From: an uncultured Pseudomonadota bacterium
GTDB taxonomy: Bacteria; Myxococcota_A; Polyangia; Fen-1088
Direction: 5' to 3'
Assembly (NCBI GenBank): GCA_963847705.1
Contig: CAWKBC010000026.1
Location: 1 to 27,243, forward strand
DNA length: 27,243 nt
Shown in pieces: positions 7,819 through 14,969 of the stretch (position 1 is its first letter; each line of letters begins with the position of its first letter). Position numbers and translations under genes: made by a program. The notes beneath the pieces are model-generated. The model saw only the letters and a program-made list of their open reading frames with translations. It had not been told where the DNA came from and made no database searches.

Positions 7819-8619
7819 CTAGAACGTCGTGAAGGCCGAGAACTCGGGGCTGCCGGCGCTGAATTCAAAACAGTAGCCACCGTCGATCTTCGCCGGCAGC
7901 GACGGCCAGTTTTGGCCACACGTCTCGACCGTTCCGTTCACGGAGAATGTGCGCGGCGCGGTCACGTTGCTGCAGTTTCCGCCTTGAATGCTGGCCATCG
8001 TTTCAAAGCACGCGGCGCCGGTGCCGACATTGCCCGAGCTGTAGCTCTCGGTGGTGAATTTCGTTGGGCTATCACACAACCCGGCGCACGGCCCGGTCCC
8101 GGTCGATCCGGCGGCCCCCGTGATGCCGCCGGTGCCCCTTGCGCCGGCCGCGCCCGTGAGGCCACCGGTGCCTCTTCTGCCGGCGGCGCCCATGAGACCA
8201 CCGGTGCCTCTGGCGCCGGCGGCGCCCATGAGACCACCGGTGCCTCTGGCGCCGGCCGCGCCCGTGAGGCCACCAGTCCCTCTTCTGCCGGCGGCGCCGG
8301 TGATGCCCCCGGTGGCCGAGCCGCCGGTTCCGATGATCCCGCCGGTCGCCCTGATGCCACCGGTCCCCGTGATGCCGCCGGTGGCTCGCCCGCCCGTGCC
8401 GGTGATCCCACCGGTCGCTTCGATCCCGCCGGTGCCCACGCCGAAACCGCCGGTCCCCCTGTCACCGCCGGTCCCAAGCGGCGATCCGCCGAACCCCGAC
8501 AGCCCAGCATCTTCGTCGGCGCGGAGAAATTCGTCCGGGCCCTGACAGCCAAACAGGAAGAGCCCGGTCAGCAGCCCCAACCCAAGGCCCCGCGTCAAGG
8601 CACTCCTGAACGTGACCAC
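7819..8619 (-). CDS. Lipoprotein with GTGG-repeat linker and a small Cys-rich C-terminal domain (possible CBM64-like module)
   Basis: Lipobox FLFG-C, a repeat linker, and an ~90-aa C-terminal domain with six Cys (..ACFET..NCSN..FSVNG..LPAKIDGGYCFEF..FSAFTTF). The function is inferred. Confidence 0.7.
   Translation of the reverse strand: MVTFRSALTRGLGLGLLTGLFLFGCQGPDEFLRADEDAGLSGFGGSPLGTGGDRGTGGFGVGTGGIEATGGITGTGGRATGGITGTGGIRATGGIIGTGGSATGGITGAAGRRGTGGLTGAAGARGTGGLMGAAGARGTGGLMGAAGRRGTGGLTGAAGARGTGGITGAAGSTGTGPCAGLCDSPTKFTTESYSSGNVGTGAACFETMASIQGGNCSNVTAPRTFSVNGTVETCGQNWPSLPAKIDGGYCFEFSAGSPEFSAFTTF
8110..8310 (-). repeat. 36-bp coding tandem repeat GAAG(R/A)RGTGG(L/I)(T/M), five units
   Basis: Seen directly in the translation and in the DNA. 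Confidence 0.9.
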
Positions 8620-8694
8620 GGCCGCGTTTATATCGCGGTCAGGATCCCGACACCATCCGCCACCGGGACGGCTCCGGTGCAGCGCAGCATTTCG

Positions 8695-8745
8695 GATCGA
8701 CCTGCACTGGTCGATCAGACGATCGATTCGATCAGACGATCGATC
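8695..8745. repeat. 17-bp tandem duplication plus hairpin; GATC-dense
   Basis: tcgatcagacgatcgat at 8711-8727 and 8728-8744. gatcgacc(8695-8702) pairs with ggtcgatc(8709-8716). Confidence 0.75.
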
Positions 8746-9670
8746 AGTTGTTCTCTTGCACGCCGGTCAGCGCGATGGTGTAAGCACCAGCCGTTGCGCC
8801 TCCCGGAACCTGGAGCTGGAACGCGCTGATGGGATTCTTCGCATACGCAACACCGTCCGCGGGCGTGTCGTAGCACTTCGTGTTGAACGAGCCGTACGGG
8901 ATCGTGACGGGACTGGTTCCGGTGATTGCGTAGCACCAGTTCGTAGTTCCATCCGAGATCTGTGCTCGCAGAGCCAAGCTCGTGGTCGCGGTAAAGCTAA
9001 TCGTCAAGCCCGAGCCTGCCGGGGTGAGCGTCGGCGGCGTTCCAGATCCGCTACCTTGCGTCTGGTTGATGTTGAATCCGATCCCAGCGTACGTGGCATA
9101 GCTGTTCGCCGCGTTCGCCGCGGCCACCGTTCCCATCGCCGTGAGGGGGCAGGTCGTCGTGCATGACGCGTAAGTCATGCTGGTGGGGGGAGTGATTGTC
9201 GTCCCGAGCGCGTCGGCGAAGTTGTACGCGTAGCCATTCCAGCAGGTGCCGTTGGCCGCCGGCGCGGACACCCAGCCGCCGGTCGTCGGCGTGAACGTCG
9301 CAGAGCAGGTCATCGTGGCGCCGCCCGTGCCGGTCGTGGTGGTCCCGCCGGTGCCCGTGACGATAGTGCCGCCGGTGCCAGTTCCGCTGACGCCACCCGT
9401 GTGCGTGCCGCCGGTGCCGGTCACGATGGCGCCGCCAGTGCCGCTACCGGACACGCCGCCCGTGTGCGTGCCGCCGGTGCCGGTGCCGCTGACGCCGCCC
9501 GTGTGCGTGCCGCCGGTGCCGGTCGAGTTGGAGCCGCCGGTTGCGTTGGAGCCGCCGTTTCCCGTTCCGTTCCCGGTGGTGCTCGAGACGGTGTCGCCGT
9601 TGGCGCAGGAGTAGCTGAGGAGCCCGAGAGAGAGGAGACCCACAGTAACTAGTCCAGAGTGAAGCTTCAT
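8744..9670 (-). CDS. Lipoprotein with GTGG linker and putative carbohydrate-binding beta-sandwich domain
   Basis: GAAAGG RBS, ATG at 9670, lipobox LLSYS-C and TGTGGTHTGGVSG repeats. Domain motifs WNGYAYNFAD, YAGIGFNINQ, LRAQI, IPYGSFNTKCY and ISAFQLQVPG are collinear with those of the 375..1280 protein. Confidence 0.65.
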   Translation of the reverse strand: MKLHSGLVTVGLLSLGLLSYSCANGDTVSSTTGNGTGNGGSNATGGSNSTGTGGTHTGGVSGTGTGGTHTGGVSGSGTGGAIVTGTGGTHTGGVSGTGTGGTIVTGTGGTTTTGTGGATMTCSATFTPTTGGWVSAPAANGTCWNGYAYNFADALGTTITPPTSMTYASCTTTCPLTAMGTVAAANAANSYATYAGIGFNINQTQGSGSGTPPTLTPAGSGLTISFTATTSLALRAQISDGTTNWCYAITGTSPVTIPYGSFNTKCYDTPADGVAYAKNPISAFQLQVPGGATAGAYTIALTGVQENN

Positions 9671-9853
9671 CGCCAAGGCCTTTCAGTAAGGGTGACGCGT
9701 CTCGAGAAAAGGGGCGCCGCGCGGAGACGCTGCCGTCCCCAGTTTTTAGCGCGGACACGGGGTCAATACAATATGGACGGCGGGTTACGGCCTTGACGGG
9801 GCGCGGTGAAGACCAACATTGAAGCGGAGGCTGTTTCGCGACGGGAGGTGGGG

Positions 9854-10501
9854 ATGCGGCGGGATGTGGCGTTGGCGGGACTCGGATTTTGGCTGCTGGT
9901 ATCGGCTCTCGTGGCGCTGATGGGCGGCCGCGCCCGCGCCGACTCCAAGGTCGCGGTGGCCGCGCCGGTCGCGGTGGGCGCTCCGGCTGCGCCGGTCGCG
10001 CCGGCCGCGCCGGTCGCGGTGATCGCCCCGGCGGCCCCCGCCGCCCCGGTCACGGCTGTCGCCCCGGTGGCAGTGGTCACCCGGGGACAGTTTCATGGGC
10101 AGGTGGTCTTCAGCGACATCATGATCGCGTCGCCGGCCCAGTTTCCGTCGGACGCCGCGATGAGCGAGGCGCTCCACCGTTTGAAACGGACGACCGTCGA
10201 GGGGGCGGACGGATTCTGGCGGCTGCACATGGTCGCCTTTTTGGAGCCGCCGCCGCAGGTCACCTCGTTTCGGCTGCGGGCGACGGACGTGACGGATCCC
10301 AAGGACCGGCGCGAGGTCAAGATGTTCGAGGTCGACGGCCAGCCCGGCCAGACCGAGCTGGAGATCAACGACCTGGTCGTCACCAGCGTGATGGGCTTCG
10401 AGCGGGGGCATCGGTACGAGATCGCCGTCATCGCGCGGGGGGACGATGTGCCTGCCGGAAAAGGAGACGTTTACGCCAAAGGGGTGATAACCCTGATGTG
10501 A
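9854..10501 (+). CDS. Hypothetical secreted protein (Ala/Pro/Val linker plus ~135-aa globular domain)
   Basis: GGAGGT RBS, ATG at 9854, signal peptide ending ARA, and GC3-type codon usage. Its stop abuts the next start codon. Confidence 0.75.
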   Translation: MRRDVALAGLGFWLLVSALVALMGGRARADSKVAVAAPVAVGAPAAPVAPAAPVAVIAPAAPAAPVTAVAPVAVVTRGQFHGQVVFSDIMIASPAQFPSDAAMSEALHRLKRTTVEGADGFWRLHMVAFLEPPPQVTSFRLRATDVTDPKDRREVKMFEVDGQPGQTELEINDLVVTSVMGFERGHRYEIAVIARGDDVPAGKGDVYAKGVITLM

Positions 10502-11443
10502 GTGCTTCGTCTCCGAGCGTTCGTCCTTTTTGCCCTGGTCCCCCTTCTGCTCGTCGATCCGCCGGCGGCGCGCGCGCGATCGCACCACGCCAATGAACGG
10601 ACGGGCAAGCTCGTCCCTGCGTTCGCCGAGCTGGTGAAGGCCCGCAAGCAGGGCGACCGCAGCGCGCTCGGCCGCCTGGGGGATCGGATCGGTCCCGCGC
10701 GGCTGGCGCAAGCGATGGGCGGAAGCGACGCGCGGGTGGCCGAGGCTGCGCTGGCGGCGGCGCCCCTCGCGCGCGGCGGGGTCTTGCTGGTGGGGGCGAT
10801 CGCGGACCAGCTGGCGGCGCCCGACCCGGCGCGCGCGGTGGCCGCCGCGGCGGCGCTGGGCGCGCTGCTCGACGGCGCGACGCCGACGGCCCTCGAGGAC
10901 TGGGACGTGCCGCCCGATCTCGTGGCGCGCGCCTGCTGGGGGCTGCACGCGCTGGCGGCGCGCAAGGAGGCGACGCCCCCGGCGCGGCTGGCGGCGCTCG
11001 ACGCGATCCTGGAGGCGGCGCCGAGCTGCGGCTCGTACGGCGATCTGGCCTCGCTGGCGCGCGACCCGGCGGCCGAGATCCGGCGCGCGGCGGTGCTGGT
11101 GGCGGCGGCCGGTCCCGAGCGGGCGTCCGTTTTGCCCGGTGCGATCGCGGACGGCGATCGGGGGGTGAGCGCGGCGGCGGTGGCGGCCGAGTGCCGTGTC
11201 GAGGCCCGCGCCGTGCGCGGCGGCAAGGAGCGACCCCCGGCGGCGCCGGCCGTGGCGACCGCGCGGACGATGGCGGCGGCGCCGTCGACGCCGCCCGCCG
11301 ACGCCGTGGAGATGCTCGACTGTCTCGCGGCCGCCGGCACGCCCGCCGATCGCCGCTTGCTGGATGAGCTGCGACGCGGGCCGCCTTCGCCGGTTCGAGA
11401 TCGCGCGGTCGAGCTCGGCGATCTCGCGAAGAGCCACGAGTAG
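10502..11443 (+). CDS. Hypothetical secreted Ala-rich helical-repeat (HEAT-like) protein
   Basis: GTG immediately follows the upstream TGA. Has a signal peptide and HEAT-like motifs LARDPAAEIRRAAV, IADGDRGVSAAAV and PSPVRDRAV. Confidence 0.65.
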   Translation: MLRLRAFVLFALVPLLLVDPPAARARSHHANERTGKLVPAFAELVKARKQGDRSALGRLGDRIGPARLAQAMGGSDARVAEAALAAAPLARGGVLLVGAIADQLAAPDPARAVAAAAALGALLDGATPTALEDWDVPPDLVARACWGLHALAARKEATPPARLAALDAILEAAPSCGSYGDLASLARDPAAEIRRAAVLVAAAGPERASVLPGAIADGDRGVSAAAVAAECRVEARAVRGGKERPPAAPAVATARTMAAAPSTPPADAVEMLDCLAAAGTPADRRLLDELRRGPPSPVRDRAVELGDLAKSHE

Positions 11444-11552
11444 TCGCCTCCGCCGCTGACCCGCACGCCCGGTTCTGACTCTGCTGATCGGAGGCGCGCT
11501 TTGCCCGCCGGAGACCTGTGTGCCGGGCAAGATCCGGGCTCGGCTCTCGTCG

Positions 11553-11610
11553 CGTGGGGTGAGCCCGTGGCAGGGCGTAGCCCCTCCCACGCTCCGACCC
11601 TCCCACGCTC
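11553..11610. repeat. REP-like palindromic element with 13-bp direct repeat between convergent genes
   Basis: ccctcccacgctc at 11582-11594 and 11598-11610. On the - strand there is an imperfect hairpin CGTGG-G-AGGG-gctacg-CCCT-G-CCACG. Confidence 0.45.
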
Positions 11611-13123
11611 ACCTTTCGTGGGGCATGCGGTCGCGCGGGCCGCGGAAGTACTGCATCGGTGAGTAGAAGCGAAAGTTGGAGACGCGGCTGGTGTAGACGC
11701 AGGCGTAGGCCTCGACCTGCTCGCCGAACTTGCTCACCTCGTAACCCTCTCGGAACATCGGGCCCCAGTAGGGATTGAAGCCGTCGTCGATGGTGTCCTC
11801 GAGGACGCGGTGCTGGGCGGCGGTCGCGCGCAGCTCGCGGCGCAGCCGCTCGATCGCCTCCTTGATGACCCGCCTGCCGGACGCGGCCGCCGGGTCGGGC
11901 GCCTCGCCGCCGCTCTTTTGCAGCGCGCGGAGCGCCGCCTGACGCTCGTTGAGCTCCGAGTCCAGATGGTTGAGCTCGCCATCGAGCCGGTCGAGCCGGC
12001 TGACCTCGGGACGCAGCCGCGCGTGCGTCGTCACCTCGTGCTCGAGCTCCTGCAGGATCATCGCCGTGCGCCAGTTCGACGATTTGCGCGAGCGCAGCAT
12101 GTCGCCGTAGATGTGGTCGCCGACGAAGAGGACGCGATCCCCGCTGGCCCGCGCCCGCTCCTGGAACTCCTTGATGTTGCCGCCGGAGTAGACCCGCCCG
12201 CGCTGGAACGGGCCACCCGGGCTCTTGAGCAGCGGGTTCCCCTGGCTGTCGAGCTCGATGAACGGGCGATCCTCGGTGAAGAACCCCGGCTTGCCGGCGT
12301 CCACCACAATCATGTCGAAGTAGTGGCGCCACGAGGGGTACGACTGCTCGGTGCTGTGTGCGCCGTCGAGCAGATAGCTCATCATCGCCGAGGTGTAGTC
12401 CCAGGCCGAGTTGGTGAGGAGAAAGAGCCGCTTTCCCGAGGAGCGGAACTTGTGCAGCGTCTCGGCCAGCGCCTCGTCCCGCTCGACGTAGCTGGGGAAG
12501 TCGGCGCCGACGATGGTCTTGATCGAGCCGTCGCGGTGGGCGAGGTCGATGCACTCACGAATGTGATGCCAAAGGGCAGTGTAGTCCGGCTTGCCCGGGG
12601 GATTGTGGTGGTCGAAGTAGTCGACCAGCACGGCGTAGAGCACCGCCTCCGGCAGGGCAAACAGTGAGTCGATCCAGGCGTAACGCTGGCTGGAGAGCCG
12701 CGTCCGCTCGCGCTGGTAGAGCTCGGCGACCAGCACCCGGTCGATGTTCTTGAGACCGTGGCGCGCGCGCCCCGGAAAGCCGTAGCGGTCGGGCTTGAAG
12801 ATGTTGCCGTTCTCGTGATCGACGACCAGACCACGCACCGCCAGCATCGGATCGTAGGCCAGGGCGCGGATCGCCTCCGGGTAGCCCTTGGCGGTCACCA
12901 GCTTGTCGAGGGTGGCCCGCATCGACAGCTCCTCGATCCGCGCCTGATTGTAGAGCGCCAGCGTGTAGTCCATGTCGAAGCCGACCATCTCGATCTTGTC
13001 GAGCCGCAGGTTGCGGTTGACGTAGATCCGGCTCTGCGGAGGGATGTCCAGGGGGCGCGTCGTCGCAGCCACGGGGTCGGGGGCTTCGAGGGGACGCGCG
13101 ATCACCTCGCTCGCGGTGGTCAC
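11609..13123 (-). CDS. HAD-IG family 5'-nucleotidase (cytosolic purine nucleotidase cN-II type)
   Basis: Motifs IYVNRNLRL, GFDMDYTLALY, LFLLTNS, KPGFF, YSGGN, VGDHIYGDML and WRT; coiled-coil insert near the C-terminus. Confidence 0.95.
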   Translation of the reverse strand: MTTASEVIARPLEAPDPVAATTRPLDIPPQSRIYVNRNLRLDKIEMVGFDMDYTLALYNQARIEELSMRATLDKLVTAKGYPEAIRALAYDPMLAVRGLVVDHENGNIFKPDRYGFPGRARHGLKNIDRVLVAELYQRERTRLSSQRYAWIDSLFALPEAVLYAVLVDYFDHHNPPGKPDYTALWHHIRECIDLAHRDGSIKTIVGADFPSYVERDEALAETLHKFRSSGKRLFLLTNSAWDYTSAMMSYLLDGAHSTEQSYPSWRHYFDMIVVDAGKPGFFTEDRPFIELDSQGNPLLKSPGGPFQRGRVYSGGNIKEFQERARASGDRVLFVGDHIYGDMLRSRKSSNWRTAMILQELEHEVTTHARLRPEVSRLDRLDGELNHLDSELNERQAALRALQKSGGEAPDPAAASGRRVIKEAIERLRRELRATAAQHRVLEDTIDDGFNPYWGPMFREGYEVSKFGEQVEAYACVYTSRVSNFRFYSPMQYFRGPRDRMPHER

Positions 13124-13178
13124 ACCCTCATTTTATCACGCCTGACGCCGGGCGTCCGCCCTGTAGAATCACAGCTGC
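13124..13178. promoter_or_regulatory. Overlapping divergent sigma70-type promoters
   Basis: - strand: extended -10 TG-A-TAAAAT (13138-13130), 6 nt before GTG 13123. + strand: CTGACG(13142-13147)-N16-TAGAAT(13164-13169), 9 nt before GTG 13179. Confidence 0.6.
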
Positions 13179-14864
13179 GTGAAGATTGCCCTCGCCCAGA
13201 TCAACCCCACCGTCGGCGACTTCGACGGGAACCGACGCCTGGTGCTGGAAGCTCTGGCTGCGGCCGAGGCGCGCGACGCCGCGCTGGCCATCTTCCCCGA
13301 GCTGGCGCTCTCCGGCTATCCCCCCAAGGACCTGCTCGAGCGGCCCGCGTTCGTGGAGGCGGCGCGCGCCTCGCTCGACACGCTGACGGCGGCTCGCGCC
13401 GGCGGGACGACCGCCGCGCTGGTCGGGTTCCCCGAAAGGGGCGAGACGGCCGAGGGGCACGGCCTCTACAACAGCGCGGCGCTGATCGATGGCGGCCGGG
13501 TGGTCCACATCGTGCGCAAATCGCTGCTGCCGACCTATGACGTCTTCGACGAGCGGCGCTACTTCGATCCGGCCACCGAGGTCGCGCCGATCTCGTTCCG
13601 GGGGCAGACGCTGGGAGTTTCGATCTGCGAGGACATCTGGAACGACGCCGACTTCTGGCCGGCACGGCTCTACCGGGCCGATCCGATCGAGGCGCTGGTG
13701 CGCGCCGGCGCGGAGATCATCCTCAACCTCTCGGCCTCCCCCTACACCCTGGAAAAGCGCCACCTGCGCCCGCGCATGCTGGCGGCGACCGCGCGGCGAT
13801 GGCGCCGCCCGCTGCTGTTCGTCAACCAGGTGGGCGGACAGGACGACCTGGTGTTCGACGGAGCCAGCCTGGCCCTCGACGCCAGCGGCCAGGTGGTCGC
13901 GCGCGGCGCCGAGCACCAGACCGATCTCGTCATCGTCGACGTCTCGGGCGATTCCAGGATCGACGCCACCGCCGGCGAGCTCCGGCCGTTCGAACCCTCC
14001 GACGAGAGGTCGGCGCTGGGGGCGCTGGCGCTCGGCACCCGCGACTACGCGCGCCGCTGCGGTTTTTCGCGGGCGCTGCTCGGGCTCTCGGGCGGCATCG
14101 ACTCCGCGTTGGTCGCCTGTCTGGCCGCGCGGGCCCTCGGGCCGGCCAACGTGCTCGGCGTCGCCATGCCGTCCCGTTATTCGTCGCCCGGGTCGCTGGC
14201 CGACGCCGAGGCGCTGGCCAAGAACCTGGGGATCGACTTCACCGTCGTCTCGATCGAACCGATGTTCGCCGCCTACCTCGAGACCCTGGCACCGGCGCTG
14301 GAGCGGTTCGCCGCGCCCAGCACGCCGCAGGCCGCGGAGGCCGCCGCCGATCTGACCGCCCAGAATCTGCAGGCGCGCGTGCGGGGGGCGATCCTGATGG
14401 CGCTCTCCAACCGGCAGGATCGGCTGCTGCTCAGCACCGGCAACAAGAGCGAGATCGCCACCGGGTATTGCACGCTCTACGGCGACATGGCCGGCGGGCT
14501 GGCGGTGATCAGCGACGTCCCGAAGACGCTGGTCTATCGCCTGGCGCGCGCGGTGAACGGCGAGCGGAGCGTGATCCCCGAGGCGACGTTGACCAAGCCG
14601 CCGTCGGCCGAGCTGCGCCCCAACCAGACCGATCAAGACAGCCTGCCGCCGTATGATGTGCTGGACGCCATTCTCGACGCGCACCTGGTCCGCGGGCTCG
14701 ATCTGCCGGCGCTGGTGGCGCAGGGATTCGACGCCGCCGTCGCGCGCGACGTCGTCCGTCGGGTGCAACAGAGCGAGTACAAGCGTCGCCAGATGGCGCC
14801 CGGCCTCAAGATCACCGGCAAGTCCTTCGGCCCCGGCCGCCGTTATCCCATCGCGCGAGGCTAG
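13179..14864 (+). CDS. nadE: Glutamine-dependent NAD+ synthetase
   Basis: Nitrilase domain (MKIALAQINPTVGD, FPEL, K.LLPTYDVFDE.RYF, ICEDIW) plus synthetase domain (GLSGGIDSA, QNLQARVRG, TGNKSE, PPSAELRPNQTDQDSLPPY). Confidence 0.97.
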   Translation: MKIALAQINPTVGDFDGNRRLVLEALAAAEARDAALAIFPELALSGYPPKDLLERPAFVEAARASLDTLTAARAGGTTAALVGFPERGETAEGHGLYNSAALIDGGRVVHIVRKSLLPTYDVFDERRYFDPATEVAPISFRGQTLGVSICEDIWNDADFWPARLYRADPIEALVRAGAEIILNLSASPYTLEKRHLRPRMLAATARRWRRPLLFVNQVGGQDDLVFDGASLALDASGQVVARGAEHQTDLVIVDVSGDSRIDATAGELRPFEPSDERSALGALALGTRDYARRCGFSRALLGLSGGIDSALVACLAARALGPANVLGVAMPSRYSSPGSLADAEALAKNLGIDFTVVSIEPMFAAYLETLAPALERFAAPSTPQAAEAAADLTAQNLQARVRGAILMALSNRQDRLLLSTGNKSEIATGYCTLYGDMAGGLAVISDVPKTLVYRLARAVNGERSVIPEATLTKPPSAELRPNQTDQDSLPPYDVLDAILDAHLVRGLDLPALVAQGFDAAVARDVVRRVQQSEYKRRQMAPGLKITGKSFGPGRRYPIARG

Positions 14865-14969
14865 ACGCCGCCGAGGCGGAGGGTCCCGAGGTCGAGAAAC
14901 GCTTCCTCTTGCGGTCCGTTGGCCTTCTTGTATGTTGCGCCGGCTCAAAACCGGAGGAGTTGTAAAAAA

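Noticed and set aside
7217-8310. Regular 18-36 bp repeats as a possible CRISPR array
   Set aside because: They are in-frame coding repeats without unique spacers, and no cas genes are present.
6889-8829. 646-aa + strand ORF and Pro-rich antisense ORFs (PPVP repeats)
   Set aside because: Reverse-complement readings of the GTGG linker repeats.
375-9670. Cohesin, dockerin or scaffoldin modules
   Set aside because: No duplicated dockerin Ca-binding repeats or cohesin-like repeats were seen in any protein of the cluster.
11582-11610. CelR/CebR-type cellobiose operator (TGGGAGCGCTCCCA)
   Set aside because: It shares words only. It is a direct repeat rather than the palindrome, and lies between gene 3' ends.
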